From contig CAWAUM010000001.1 of the NCBI GenBank assembly GCA_963785235.1, positions 608,001 through 672,000 on the forward strand: 64,000 bases of DNA, in the 5' to 3' direction. A program made the translations under genes and the position numbers. This document shows positions 1-12,139 of this stretch, piece after piece (within the stretch, counting starts at the first letter, position 1; the number at the start of each line of letters is the position of its first letter). The notes beneath the pieces were generated by a model, which worked only from the letters and a program-made list of their open reading frames with translations, was not told the origin of the DNA and did no database searches. The DNA is from an uncultured delta proteobacterium (GTDB lineage Bacteria; Desulfobacterota; Desulfomonilia; UBA1062).

Positions 1-2
1 AG

Positions 3-755
3 GAACTCATCAGCCTGTGGGGCTGGAAGAAGCCTGAAGGGACCACGGGTGTGGACAGCATGCTCGATGTCGATTCGGAAAAACTCAAGCAGGCCTCCAG
101 GCAGCGGCTGCGGCTCTGGGATATCTCGGATGCCCAGATCGACCGCATCGTCAGGACCGGCAAGCCAGAACGGACCCTGACCATTGCAAGTCCGGTCTCT
201 GGTTACGTGGTGAAGCGCTATGCCACAAGGGGCATGCGGGTCATGGCAGGCGAGCCCCTGTTCGACATCGTGGACCTCAGCAGGGTGTGGGTCGTCTCCC
301 AGGTGAGCGAGCCTGACATGGCCCTGGTGAAACCAGGTCAGGAGGCGCGCATCACCGTGACAGGCCTGCCCGGCACGGTCTATTCGTCACGCATCGACTA
401 TGTCTACCCGGTGATCAATGAACAGACCCGGACGCTCGAGGTGAGGAGCACGCTGCCGAATCCGGGGGAGACCCTCAAGCCCCAGATGTTCGCCACGGTG
501 GAGATCTCTGTGAACCTCGGTAAAAGGCTTGCCGTGCCCGAGGATGCGGTCATGGACACGGGCGAGCGCCAGATCGTGTACGTGGACAGGGGTGAGGGCA
601 TGTTCGAGCCACGAGCGGTGACGAGCGGCATCCGTGCGGGAGGCAGGAGGGAGATCGTCTCGGGATTGAAGGCAGGAGAGCGTGTTGCCGCATCCGCCCT
701 GTTCCTCATCGATTCCGAGGCCCAGCTCAGGGGCGTTGCGCCTGCGGTGAAGTGA
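3..755 (+). CDS. cusB: CusB/CzcB-family RND periplasmic adaptor subunit (5' partial)
   Basis: Frame open from window start; typical MFP motifs (IASPVSGYV, DLSRVWV, LKPQMFA, AVPEDAV); precedes CusA. Confidence 0.85.
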   Translation, partial: ELISLWGWKKPEGTTGVDSMLDVDSEKLKQASRQRLRLWDISDAQIDRIVRTGKPERTLTIASPVSGYVVKRYATRGMRVMAGEPLFDIVDLSRVWVVSQVSEPDMALVKPGQEARITVTGLPGTVYSSRIDYVYPVINEQTRTLEVRSTLPNPGETLKPQMFATVEISVNLGKRLAVPEDAVMDTGERQIVYVDRGEGMFEPRAVTSGIRAGGRREIVSGLKAGERVAASALFLIDSEAQLRGVAPAVK

Positions 756-816
756 GGCCGGGGTAAATGGGAAACTTCTGCAAAACGTACCGGGCTGAGG
801 AAAGATCCTTTACAGG

Positions 817-898
817 CCTGATCAATTCTTTCATTTCCCCCATTACGCCTTCTCTTTGGGCTATTAAGCCGTTGGGGGAAATGAAAGAATTGATTAGG
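817..898. repeat. 26-bp inverted repeat with 30-nt loop between cusB and cusA
   Basis: cctgatcaattctttcatttccccca (817-842) pairs with tgggggaaatgaaagaattgattagg (873-898), one G-T mismatch. Confidence 0.85.
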
Positions 899-948
899 TA
901 AGGTTTTATGTTTGCCATAACATCATCCATAGAGACGGGAAGGCCCGT

Positions 949-3900
949 ATGATTGAAAAGATCATCGACTGGAGCGCGAGGAACAAGTTTCTCGTTATCC
1001 TCATCACCGCGCTGACTATCCTCTGGGGCGTCTGGGCTTTGGAGCGGACACCCCTCGATGCCCTGCCGGACCTCTCCGACACCCAGGTGATCATCTATAC
1101 CGAGTGGCCCGGCCGCAGCCCGGACCTGGTGGAGGATCAGATCACCTACCCCATATCCGCCACACTCCTTGCTGCGCCCAAGGTCCAGGCAGTCCGCGGA
1201 TTCTCCTTCCTCGGTTCTTCGTTCATCTATGTGATCTTCGAAGAGGGAACGGACATCTACTGGGCGCGGAGCCGTATCCTCGAGAACATCCAGGCGGTGA
1301 GAAACAAGATCCCCTCCGATGTCAACCCGGTGCTGGGCCCTGATGCCACGAGCCTGGGCTGGGGATTTTCCTATGCCCTCATCGATGAGAACGGGCAGCA
1401 CAACCTGGCGGAATTGCGCACCATGCAGGATTACAACCTCAAGCTCGCCCTGGAGAGCGTCCCGGGGGTTTCCCAGGTGGCATCAGTGGGCGGCTTCGTG
1501 AAGCAGTACCAGGTAAATGTGGACCCGTTACGGCTCAAGTCATACAACATATCGCTGGACAGCGTGATGGGCGCAATCAAGGGGAGCAACCTCGACGTGG
1601 AGGGAAGGCTGCTGGAGCTCTCCGGCGCCGAATACATGATCCGGGGCAGGGGGTACATCAAAGGCATCGCCGACCTGGAGAACGTGCCCGTGGCCGTTGG
1701 AGTGGGCGGCACCCCGGTCCTGCTCAGAGACATCGCATCGGTTCAGCTCGGGCCTGAGATAAGGCGCGGCGTAGCGGACCTGAACGGCAAGGGCGAGGTG
1801 GCAGGCGGGATCGTGATAGTGCGCTTCGGCGAGAACGTGCTCAATGTCATCGACAGGGTCAAGCTCAAGATCGCCAAAGACATCGCCCCATCATTGCCCG
1901 AAGGGGTGAAGATCGTAACCACCTATGACCGCTCCGACCTGATCCACCGGAGCATCGAAACGCTCACAGGCGAGATCATCAAGCTGGCCATTGCCGTGAG
2001 CGTGGTATGCCTGGTCTTCCTCTACCATCTCCCCAGCGCCTTAGTGGTGATACTCACCCTGCCGGTTGCCATCATCATGTCCTTCATCTGCATGTTCTAC
2101 TTGGGGCTCACCTCGAACGTCATGAGCCTAAGCGGCATAGCCATAGCCATCGGCGCCATGGTGGATGCGTCCATCATCATGGTGGAAAATGCCCACAAGC
2201 GTCTCGAGGAGTGGGAGGAGTCGGATAAGAGGGAGTCGCGTGTCGACGTCATCATCCATGCCGCCAAGGAGGTGGGGCCGTCGCTCTTTTTCTCGCTGCT
2301 CGTGATCACGGTCGGGTTCCTGCCTGTGTTTACCCTTCAGGAACAGGCGGGCAGGCTCTTCAAGCCGCTGGCCTTCACCAAGACCTTTGCCATGCTCTTC
2401 TCATCGCTCTTGGCCGTCACGCTCACGCCCATGCTCATGACCTTTTTCATCCGGGGGAAGATCAGGCCCGAGGATCGTAACCCCGTCAGCAGGGTCTTGC
2501 GGTGGGTCTATGAACCTGTTGCCAGGCTGGCCCTGAAGTTCCCCAAGGCCGTCATCGTTATCGCGCTCATCATCATGGCAGCAACCGTATATCCCTTTAT
2601 GAAGCTCGGCAGGGAGTTCATGCCGCCTTTAAATGAGGGAACGCTCTTCTACATGCCGGTCACCGCACCTGGCCTTTCCATCAGTGAGGCAAAGAGGCTC
2701 CTCATCATACAGGACGCACTCATCAAGAAAGTCCCCGAGGTCGAGTCCGTGTTCGGCAAGGCAGGAAGGGCGGAGACCCCCACCGACCCTGCGCCGCCCG
2801 AGATGTTCGAGACCATCATCAACCTCAAGCCCGAGAGTCAGTGGCGGCCGGGTGTCACCATGCAGGACATCAAGAACGAGCTGGGTGATGTCCTGACGAT
2901 CCCAGGCGTGTCCAACTCTTTCACCATGCCCATCAAGGCGCGTATAGACATGCTTGCCACGGGCATCCGCACGCCCGTGGGCATCAAGATACTCGGGAGC
3001 GATCTGAATGAAATCGAGCGAATCGGGAATGGACCTGGAGGCAGCGCTGAAGGATGTGCCCGGGACACGTAGCGTCTATGCCGAGCGGGTGACTACCGGG
3101 TACTTTATCGACTTTGTCGTGAGGAGGGAGGCTGCCGCACGGTACGGCCTGGGCGTGGAGCAGGTGCAGAACGTTGTCCAGTCCGCCATCGGCGGTATGA
3201 ACCTCACTACCACGGTGGAAGGCAGGCAGCGCTATCCGGTGAACCTGCGCTATGGACGTGAGCTGAGGAATGACGTCGGGAAACTCAAGGAGGTGCTCGT
3301 GCCGGTCATGCCCGGCCAGGCCTCGGGCAGCTCCGGCATGGCAGCCCGCAACACAGGGCACGCTCGGAAAGCTCGCCTGGATTCCGCTTTCAGAGCTGGC
3401 GGATGTGAAGATCATCCGCGGACCCACGGTGATCAAGAGTGAAAAGGGGCTTCTGAACGCCTATGTGTACATCGATTTCTCGGGCAGGGATGTGGGCGGC
3501 TACGTGGACGAGGCCAAGCAGAAGGCGGCTTCGGTCAAGGTCCCTGCCGGCTACCGGCTGGAATGGAGCGGAGAGTACGAGTACCTCCTGAAGACCCATG
3601 AGAGCCTGAAGGTGGTCATCCCTCTGACGCTCTTCATCATCTTCGTGCTCATCTACCTGAACACGAACTCGGTGGTCAAGACCGCCATCGTTCTGCTCGC
3701 AGTACCCTTCTCTCTCGTGGGGTCCTTCTGGCTGCTCTACCTGCTGGGCTACAACCTGAGCATCGCCGTGTGGGTCGGCATCATCGCGCTCGCCGGTCTT
3801 GATGCGGAGACAGGGGTTATCATGCTGCTCTACCTGGAACTGGCCCATGAACGGTGGAAGAAGGAAGGCAGGTTGACAAGCATGGGAGAGCTCAAGGAAT

Positions 3901-4130
3901 CCATCATGGACGGTGCGGTCAAGCGCATCCGGCCCAAGATCATGACCGTGAGCGTCATCCTTGCGGGGTTGGTGCCCATCATGTTCAGCACCGGCACCGG
4001 GGCCGATGTGATGAAGCGCATCGCCGCGCCCATGGTGGGCGGCGTCATAACCTCAACCATCCTGGAACTTATAATTTATCCAAGCATTTATTTTCTCTGG
4101 AAGGGCAAAGGAATCAGGGAAACTGAATAG
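949..4130 (+). CDS. cusA: CusA/SilA heavy-metal RND efflux permease, split by two frameshifts (~3027, ~3355)
   Basis: [58 protein letters not shown]; three overlapping ORFs (949-3072, 3008-3442, 3270-4130) make one protein. Confidence 0.9.
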
Positions 4131-4270
4131 AGCCCTCACCCATCATGAGGAAAAGGCAAACAGAGGTGCAGTCTGGCATGAGACCTTGCCTTTAAAAAGC
4201 TTTACAAACTATGGTTCAGACGAATGCCGAAATATGAATAACCCACCCGGCTGGAGAGACAAACCTTTGT

Positions 4271-5140
4271 TCAGAAGGTTCTGATGACCGAAACACCCAA
4301 ACTATTGGTGCCTATTACAGGTTTTACAACAAGTCTTCCACCATCGGAAGTAGTTATTCCCCTGTTTACTATGTCAAATTCTCTTGAAGTTGAAAGCGAA
4401 GCAATCCCCGACAGGGCAATGGTTCCAAATATGTCTGTTAGGTAGTGTTCCCCAGCTTCAACCCGTGCCCATCCAATGAGGGCTGTTGCAATTGTTGCAG
4501 GGATTCCCATTCTCCAGCCGTAGTATTCCCAGCCCTTGAACATCAATACTGATATTCCTACCATGTGTCCACTTGGGAAAGAAGAAACCCCTCTGAAAAC
4601 GTCATTGATGCCCCCGCTTCGTTCATCCTCAAGTCCCCTTTCTATATTAGGTCTTTGGTGAAATGGTATTTGAGAGATGGCGCCGACTTCAAGAAGTACA
4701 AGCATGTGTGTTGCCGTAACATCCATGGAAAACTGAGTCAGTTTTTCATTATTTGTTGCACGACCCCAAAAGTAGCCACCAACTTGGATAATTGGGATAT
4801 TAATAATCCAACCATTAATATCGCCGGCCTTTTGACCATATTTACCCAGAACATCGGCTCTTTGAATTACCTCTTGCTGGTGCATTTCGTCCACGGAAAG
4901 CAGATAGGTCATTCCTCCTGTGGCCCCCAGGAGGAGTACAGAATCCCAATTTGTAAATTGGTTCAAAAATCCTTTTCCAGAAAGCTTCAGAACATCTATA
5001 GCATCTTGTCCTACGGCATGTTCTCTTGAAATGAATTGCCTGGAAGAATTTTCACTTTCTGTATTGTTTTGGCTGTACGCAGATATAGGTAAAAAAAGTT
5101 GGATTAGTAAAAACGCTATAAAAAAATAAGTATCCTTCAA
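4271..5140 (-). CDS. PAP2-family phosphatase with signal peptide
   Basis: RP..., SFPSGH and RV...HY.TD acid-phosphatase motifs. Confidence 0.75.
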   Translation of the reverse strand: MKDTYFFIAFLLIQLFLPISAYSQNNTESENSSRQFISREHAVGQDAIDVLKLSGKGFLNQFTNWDSVLLLGATGGMTYLLSVDEMHQQEVIQRADVLGKYGQKAGDINGWIINIPIIQVGGYFWGRATNNEKLTQFSMDVTATHMLVLLEVGAISQIPFHQRPNIERGLEDERSGGINDVFRGVSSFPSGHMVGISVLMFKGWEYYGWRMGIPATIATALIGWARVEAGEHYLTDIFGTIALSGIASLSTSREFDIVNRGITTSDGGRLVVKPVIGTNSLGVSVIRTF

Positions 5141-5182
5141 AGTTGAGTGTTCCTGCTCGGCTGTACCCGGATAAGCGACCTC

Positions 5183-6949
5183 TCAGCGCTGCACCCACTC
5201 GACTGCGCCGAATTTGGCTTCGCCAAGCCACGTATAAACGAGGCCGACAGTTCCCGCCCTCTGGTGCGTTTCAGCCCGGTTCTCAAACTGCGCATCACGG
5301 ACTGACCCGATGTATTGTATCCCGAGGGCGTGATGGTTGTAAATGCGAACGGTGAATCCCATGTTCAGGCGCTGGATGGTTTCATTTCCTCCCGGGTCAT
5401 CACTACCCATGCCGGACACGTAGTATAAGCGTCCTGTCAGGTCGAGCATGGCCCTGTTGCCAAAGATGAGGCGGAGCGCGAGCAGACCCTGTGGTGCAAT
5501 GCCGAAGTGGTAGTCGCGCAGGTCCTCGGTTGCGGTGTCAACACCGGCTTCAGGCTCGGGCTGGGTGTCATTGCCGGCCGCAGCGTAACCGACACCCCCG
5601 AGAACCGAACCCTGGAGTGCTACCATTCGCGAAAGCCACCATTGATAGGTAGTGCCGAGAGCGGCCGACGTGCTTGAGACGCGGAAGATGTGCGGCGATA
5701 TATAGTCATAACCGCCATAGAGGCCCCATATCCCGCGATAGGAATTGCCGATCTCGTAGTCCTTTCCCAGCAGCAGGCCTCTGATCATGATATTTTCAAT
5801 AGGGTTATCTGAGTTGCCTATTGTGGTGGCTTCAAAATGGAAATAGTCGAAAGGACGCGTGTACCTATATCCGGGCTTCCCGGGCAGCCCGTAGGCCATC
5901 AGGAAGTCCCCGGTCGCCTCGGTCTTGTCAATGGTATCATCTTGGTCGCTCAGGTGCACATTCTTACTTACCCCCAGGCGCACCCGCCAGAAGGTGGCCG
6001 GATCATGGCTCGGAAACACTGGCTTGAACCGGTTGCCGAAGGCAAGGCGATTGATACCCGTGGCCGGTGAAATCACTGTTGCGCCAAACTCGCGCCAGAA
6101 CCCGGGTTTGCTGCCATCGCCCTCGAGCACCAGGCCGGACATCCGGAAGAGTGCCTCCCCGAAGAAGCTCCCGCCGAAGCCGCTGGCTATCTGGTCATTG
6201 TAGGAGGGACGCGTGTTCTCCCCGCCCGTTTCCCAGAGAAAGCTGCCCGCGTTGTCGTAGACGAGCGCTTCCCAGTAATTGAGGCCTGCAGACCTGGCGA
6301 AGCCATGGTACATGGATCCCTGATACGGGTGTGCGAACTGGTTTATGTTGAAGGCGTCCGAGTCGATCCCCCAACCTCCGTGAACGATGTGGTTCCGGAA
6401 GGTTTTCCAATTCGTGGAGTAGACTTTTTTTCCTCCCGTGTACTCGTCGGAGTAGGCGTACCGGTCATACCTGTTCAGGAGAAAGAGGAATGCCGGGATT
6501 TCGAGTGCCGGGATGAGGTAGCTCTTGCCATCCCCCGTCCCCCAGGGTTCGGCCTGTGTCGTCTCCTCGGGCTTTTCCTCCAACAGCTTTTTACTGCCCA
6601 TAGAGATATTTACAATCCGGTTCGGGGCCATAGGGGAAAGCCCCGTCACATCAGGTGCCGACATAGTGATATATCCGGGTTTTGAGGCTATGAGGGTATA
6701 ATTCCCCAGGGCTGGAATTGCCACTGAATAGTTACCCGACGCATCAGTAGTCCCTGATCCTGCCAGCGTACCGATATTTATATCCTTTACTGTGATGATT
6801 ACCCCGTCAATACCCTGGTTGTCAGAGAGATCCTTTACGGAGCCCGAGATACCGCCTCCCTGGGCAAAGGCCCAGCTGCCAACAGAGATCACTATTCCCA
6901 CAAGGGGCACTATAAGAATCGTCTTAATTGTTTTTGTTGCATGGTTCAT
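5183..6949 (-). CDS. Outer-membrane/secreted protein: carboxypeptidase-regulatory-like N-domain plus DUF3943
   Basis: Signal peptide, ISGSV...GTTDASGNY beta-sandwich, D.D.F.INQFAHPYQGS.Y..ARS motif, beta-strand-rich C-terminus. Confidence 0.65.
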   Translation of the reverse strand: MNHATKTIKTILIVPLVGIVISVGSWAFAQGGGISGSVKDLSDNQGIDGVIITVKDINIGTLAGSGTTDASGNYSVAIPALGNYTLIASKPGYITMSAPDVTGLSPMAPNRIVNISMGSKKLLEEKPEETTQAEPWGTGDGKSYLIPALEIPAFLFLLNRYDRYAYSDEYTGGKKVYSTNWKTFRNHIVHGGWGIDSDAFNINQFAHPYQGSMYHGFARSAGLNYWEALVYDNAGSFLWETGGENTRPSYNDQIASGFGGSFFGEALFRMSGLVLEGDGSKPGFWREFGATVISPATGINRLAFGNRFKPVFPSHDPATFWRVRLGVSKNVHLSDQDDTIDKTEATGDFLMAYGLPGKPGYRYTRPFDYFHFEATTIGNSDNPIENIMIRGLLLGKDYEIGNSYRGIWGLYGGYDYISPHIFRVSSTSAALGTTYQWWLSRMVALQGSVLGGVGYAAAGNDTQPEPEAGVDTATEDLRDYHFGIAPQGLLALRLIFGNRAMLDLTGRLYYVSGMGSDDPGGNETIQRLNMGFTVRIYNHHALGIQYIGSVRDAQFENRAETHQRAGTVGLVYTWLGEAKFGAVEWVQR

Positions 6950-8824
6950 AGCTGCTCCTTTTCCTCTCCATTGAACGGGATCTCGAGTTCATAGACACCG
7001 GATTCAAGGTGGGTCTTCATGGGGTGTCCTGTCTTGGAGAACACCTTCATCATGGGGGTGTTCCGGGCCAGGACATCTGCCGTGAATCCTTTGATATTCT
7101 TCTCTTTGGCTATGCGGACCAGGTACTGGAGGAGAAACGTGCCGATGCCCCGGTTCTGCCAATCCTGGTGGGTGGTGAAGGCGACCTCGGCAAAGTTGGA
7201 ATGAGGGTCGCGGATGTATTGCCCTACCGCAACGATCTGCTCCCTGCTCTCGGGTTCTTCTTTGCCCGTGATCGCGACAATGGACATCTTGTCATTGTAG
7301 TCAATGGCGGCCATGGGCATGGCAACCTTGTGGGAAAAGGACTTGAGGCTATGGAAGAACCGGGTATAAATGTCCTGCTCAGGCAGGGCATACATCTGAT
7401 CCTGAATTGCCCGTTCATCCGTGGCCTTTACCGGTCGGAAGAAGATCTGGGTTTCTTTCTTGTCGGTCCAGTAGGTCTCATATTCCTTCGGATAGAGCAC
7501 TACAGGCAGGGTCTGATCCTTATAAATATAGCCTTGGTTCTTGGCTGCCTCCAGCAACCCCTCGCGGAAGTCTGGATGGGCTATATTGATCAGTACCATG
7601 GCCCGATCCCGTATGGATCTTCCCGTGCACATAGGCAATTCCATATTCCGTGACCACATAATGGATGTCACCCCGGGTGACGACAACACCACTGCCGGCA
7701 GAGAGATAGGGGACGATCCTGGATATTTTTCCATCATCCGTGGTGGATGGCAGCACCATGATGGATTTGCCCCGTTTGGACATGGCAGAACCCCGGACAA
7801 AATCCACCTGCCCGCCGATGCCGCTATAAAAATCAAAACCTAGAGAATCGGAGCATACCTGTCCGGTAAGATCCACGGTGAGCGCGGAATTGATGGAGAC
7901 CATCCTGTCATTCTGGGCGATTACATAGGGATCGTTGACATACTTGCACGGCCGGAATTCAAAGAGCGGGTTGTTGTGTACGTAGTCATACAGTCGCTTT
8001 GTTCCCATGCAGAAGGATGCGACGATTTTTCCGGGATTCAGCGATTTTTTCTTGCAGGTGATGACACCCGCCTCTATGAGATCGATGAGGCCTTCGGTGA
8101 AGGTTTCGGTGTGAATACCCAGGTCTTTTTTGTTCATGAGGTAGGGAAAGACCGAATTGGGTATCTTTCCCACACCTGTCTGGATAGTGGATTCGTTTTC
8201 GATGAGATCGGCGATAAGTTCACCGATGGCCTTGGCAATATCGCCTGGTGCTTTCTGTACGAACTCCAAAAGTGGGACATCGTTCTCCACAAAGGCATCG
8301 ATCTCGCTCACATGGAGGAAGCTGTCGCCCAGTGTGCGGGGCATGTTCGGGTTCACCTCTGCCACGACATACTGGGCAACCTTGGCTGCCGTCTTGGTTA
8401 TATCTACCGAGATCCCCAGGCTTACATACCCGTTATTGTCGGGAGGGGACACGGTGATGAGGGCAACATCGATGTGCATGCTGCCGCTTTCCATGAGCAG
8501 CGGGATCTCCGAGAGGAAGATGGGAGTATAGTCCGCCCTGCCTTCCTTGATGGCGGCACGTGTGTTTGCGCCGATGAACAGTGCGTTGTGGCGGAAGTGC
8601 TCAGTATATTTCTCATCAGTATATGAGGCTAGGCCGAGATCCAGAAAATGGATGATCTCGGTGTCTGCAAGGTTCTGAGCCACATCGATGAGTGTCTTTA
8701 CCAGGAGTTGGGGCTCGCCGCACGCAGAGCCGATGAATATCCGCGCCCCCCTCCTGATCCGGGAGAGTGCGGTTGTCGCATCGGTGAGCCTTTCTTTATA
8801 GGTGTCGTTCCAGTTGAGTATCAT
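6946..8824 (-). CDS. Acetyl-CoA hydrolase/4-hydroxybutyrate CoA-transferase fused to C-terminal GNAT; frameshift near 7620
   Basis: LGIHTE, VDLTGQVCSDS, GIGGQVDFVRG, VVTEYGIA in 7520-8824; continues in another frame to AEVAF...WQNRGIGT GNAT motif. Confidence 0.85.
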
Positions 8825-8833
8825 AGTAAACTC

Positions 8834-9793
8834 CTATTGATGCCCGTCTGCGTTTTTGGGCTGAACCTTTGTGGGACCGGATTGTTCGTGTTCAATTCCC
8901 CCAACTTCCCGTTGCTTCTGCCGATGCTGAACATAGGCATCGCGTATGGCCTCGTAGGGATCAATGGCCGCCCCTTTGAGGGTCTCATAATCACCGATGC
9001 TCAGCGAGGTATAGTTCACCGCCTCATATACACTGACCCCCAGACTGGTGTACCAGGGACGGATATAGGAAACGGGGTGCAAATAATAATCACCGGCGAG
9101 ATCTACCGAATCCCGGGCACTTGAGGGCCCCACGAGGGGCCAGACAATGTAGAAACCATGCCCGACGCCATAAACTCCGAGCGTTTGTCCCAGATCCACG
9201 TCATTTTTCTCTAAATTCAGTTTCTTGTCGGATGCAAGGTCAAAGAGGCCCCCGATACCCCAGATGGTGTTGATAGTGAAGCGGCCAAGCTCCTTTGCGG
9301 AGGATGTTATTTCCGCCTGGAGCAGGCAGCTGACAAAGCGGATCGGAAACCCGAGATTGTAAAAGAAATTTTTAACGCTTACCCGTGCGAACTCAGGCAC
9401 GATCATACCATAGCCTTGGGATACCGGTTTGAGTGCCCAGAAGTAGAACTTGTCGTTGAACTGGTACATGGCCCGGTTGAACGGTTCCATAGGGTCTGAG
9501 ATGGTTACTGTCGGCTCTTCTTCGCCCGTGTAATCACCGAGATTCTCATATGTGGCCCCTGTCTGATCCTGCATGGAAACGGGTTTGTCTTTCGCCTCGA
9601 CACCCACGGTTTGTGGTTGTACGGGTATCTCCGGGGGGGTCACAGGGCTTTGTTCCGACTGGGAGTCGTTCGAGGCCTGCAGGGGGGCGGCGGTTGAAAG
9701 GGAAGGGCCCGTGGAGGGCGCCTGGTCAGGATTGTGGGCACAGCCTGCGGCAAAAAGGGCGAACAGGGCTATCAGATATGCATACTGTTTCAT
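8834..9793 (-). CDS. mlaA: MlaA/VacJ lipoprotein
   Basis: Lipobox AAGC; DPMEPFNR, RFTINTIWGIGGLFD, DLGQTLG, GPSSARD, DPYEAIRDAY. Confidence 0.9.
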   Translation of the reverse strand: MKQYAYLIALFALFAAGCAHNPDQAPSTGPSLSTAAPLQASNDSQSEQSPVTPPEIPVQPQTVGVEAKDKPVSMQDQTGATYENLGDYTGEEEPTVTISDPMEPFNRAMYQFNDKFYFWALKPVSQGYGMIVPEFARVSVKNFFYNLGFPIRFVSCLLQAEITSSAKELGRFTINTIWGIGGLFDLASDKKLNLEKNDVDLGQTLGVYGVGHGFYIVWPLVGPSSARDSVDLAGDYYLHPVSYIRPWYTSLGVSVYEAVNYTSLSIGDYETLKGAAIDPYEAIRDAYVQHRQKQREVGGIEHEQSGPTKVQPKNADGHQ

Positions 9794-9802
9794 GTTGTGG
9801 TC

Positions 9803-10396
9803 CTAGTGCTCTTTCACCTTTTTTCGCAGGATTTCCAGCAGCTGCTCGGGTGTATTCTTCTCCAGGATATTGTTGAACTGGGTTCGATAGTTCTGGACCA
9901 GGCTGACATTTTCAACAATGACGTCGTATACTTTCCAAGTCCCGCTGCTTAAGATAACCCGATAGAAAATAGGGATTTTATTTGACGAGGTGATAACGTG
10001 CGTCTGTACCTCGACCTGATTTTCCGTGAGCTTGATTTCCTTCTCATAAGTAATTTTCTCGTTGGTGTAGGAAAGGATTTTATCCACATAAGCCTTTTCC
10101 AGCACCTCCTGAAAGAGCTGGACGAATTCTTGGCGCTGGGCGGTATTCAGCTTGTTCCAGTTTCGCGCCAGGGTGCGCTTGGAGAGTTCGACTTCGTCGA
10201 ACATGCTTCCATAGATAGACCGGAGTTTTTCTTTCTTGGTCACTTTGGCCGAATCGGCCTTGAGTGCCGGATCGCGCAGCACATCAAGCACTTTGTTGAC
10301 ATTAGCCTGGACCGTAGAGAGTGGTGCGTCGGCATATGCGGGAAGCAAAGAAAAAAAGATCATGAAGATTGCTAACCCACCAATTTTTAATTTCAT
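9803..10396 (-). CDS. mlaC: MlaC/Ttg2D phospholipid-binding protein
   Basis: WKVYDVIVENVSLVQNYRTQF motif; signal peptide. Confidence 0.9.
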   Translation of the reverse strand: MKLKIGGLAIFMIFFSLLPAYADAPLSTVQANVNKVLDVLRDPALKADSAKVTKKEKLRSIYGSMFDEVELSKRTLARNWNKLNTAQRQEFVQLFQEVLEKAYVDKILSYTNEKITYEKEIKLTENQVEVQTHVITSSNKIPIFYRVILSSGTWKVYDVIVENVSLVQNYRTQFNNILEKNTPEQLLEILRKKVKEH

Positions 10397-10423
10397 AAGA
10401 GAATCCTCCTTACGTTTCTTTCA

Positions 10424-10880
10424 CTATGGCTTCTTGACTTCACCGAAGACATATTTGCTGATGAGTTCTGCGATATCCAGGGGCGGTTGCGTTTCGGTAA
10501 TGATACCTCCTGGTTTAAGGAGTGCACTTCCGCCTCCAGGGTCTATGCTGACATCCATATCGCCGATCAGTCCTTCCGTTTTAATGGAAGCGATGGCATT
10601 ATCATATATATTGATACCCTCATGAATCCTCAGCTCCACCACGCCCTTCTGGTTTTTCTGATCGATGGTAAGTCGCTCCACCCGTCCGACCTCAATGCCC
10701 GATATATACACGAGGCTCCCGACTCTCAGCCCTGTAACCGTGGTGAAACGGGCGAATAGGGAGTAGGAATTGTCGCCCATAAAAGGAAATGTGACCGAGC
10801 GTAACTGTCATATACCCTACGCAGAGCAGCCCGATAACGAGAAAAATGCCTACTGCAGTTTCAATCGAGTACTTTTTCAT
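10424..10880 (-). CDS. mlaD: MlaD MCE protein; frameshift near 10785
   Basis: ETAVGIF TM segment (10692-10880) then GLRVGS.V.ISGIEVGRV and IKTEGLIGD (10424-10780). Confidence 0.85.
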
Positions 10881-10884
10881 GACG

Positions 10885-12139
10885 TTACTCCTTTGTGGAA
10901 CACAGAAGCCGGCCTATTTCCTTTTGCCCTGATTTTGCAGATTTGAAGACGGCTTCTATGTCGGTATTTGGTTGTCCTTGGGCCAACCCGGCGTGGATCG
11001 CTATCTCGATACATTCCCCTGAAACTCCTCGCCTGCGGCCCCTGATGCGAATGTCACGAATTCCCTGCTCCTGGAAATCCTTGATGAAAACCTTCAGGAT
11101 TTCTTCAGCCTCAGCCAGATCCGAATAGGGCAGGACCGTCACAAACTCATTGGCACCACGGCGCGTGGAAAATCCCCCGATGGCCCCGAAATGTTTATCA
11201 ATGTATACCCCCATGGCATGTAACACCTGCTGCGCCTCCTCGTAGCCCAGGCCTTCTACAATTTCATCGAGCATATACAGGGTAAAAATCGCCACGGTAT
11301 AGGTATTCCCGATAGTTTTTTGTTTCAGCTGAGCATGATACAAGACATTGAACTGCCTCCTGGAGTGCAGGCCCGATCAATTCATCCCGCAATCCTTCCA
11401 GGCTTTGGATGACCTCGTCTTTAAAAGGGTGATCGAATTTATCAAGCTCTTCCGGAGTGCCCTGAAAAACGATTTTTCTATCATAGAGGGCAAGAATACG
11501 GTTTGAGATGAAATACACATCGGGAATCTCGTGACTGACCAGGACCGCAGTAAAACCGAATCTCTTCTGGTACTGGGCGATCATGCTCAGGATTGCATTT
11601 TTTCGGACAGGGTCCTGCCCGGAAGTGGGTTCGTCAAAAAGCACGATCTGTGGATCTATGACCAGGGAGCGTGCCAGGGCCACACGCTTCTGCATACCGC
11701 CGGAGAGTTCGGAGGGAAACTTGTCGGCCGCATCCGACAACTCTGTCTGTTCGATTCTGGCCATCACCAGAGAGTCTATTTCAGCCTTGCCCTTTCTCGT
11801 TGTTTCGCGTAGCGGCAGCGCAATATTTTCATAAACGGTCATGGAGTCGAACAGGGCATTGTCTTGAAACATGTAGCTCATCCGGGCAAAGGAGGCGATC
11901 TTCTCGTGTTTTTTCATTTCAGCAAAGGGTTTGCCCCGGAAAAGGATGGTCCCTTCATCGGGGGTGAGCAGCCCGATGATATGCTTGAGCAGGACACTCT
12001 TGCCGCCGCCGCTCAGGCCGATGATGGTCGTGACCTGCCCCTCGAAGATCTGGAGGTTTACCCCCTCGAGGACTGTTTTGGATCCGAATCTCTTTGTGAC
12101 ATCCTTGAATTCGATCAGCGGCGTATCCATGGGGCTCAC
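10885..12139 (-). CDS. mlaF: MlaF-type ABC ATPase probably fused to a degenerate GGDEF-like domain; frameshift near 11360
   Basis: Walker A GLSGGGKS, LSGGMQKR, FDEPTSGQD; then DELxGL and, in shifted frame, RRGANEFVTVLP ...I.IHAGLA fold pattern. Confidence 0.7.

Noticed and set aside
4174-4190. TGGCATGAGACCTTGC as a sigma54 promoter
   Set aside because: GG-GC spacing is 11 rather than 10 and no gene follows on that strand.
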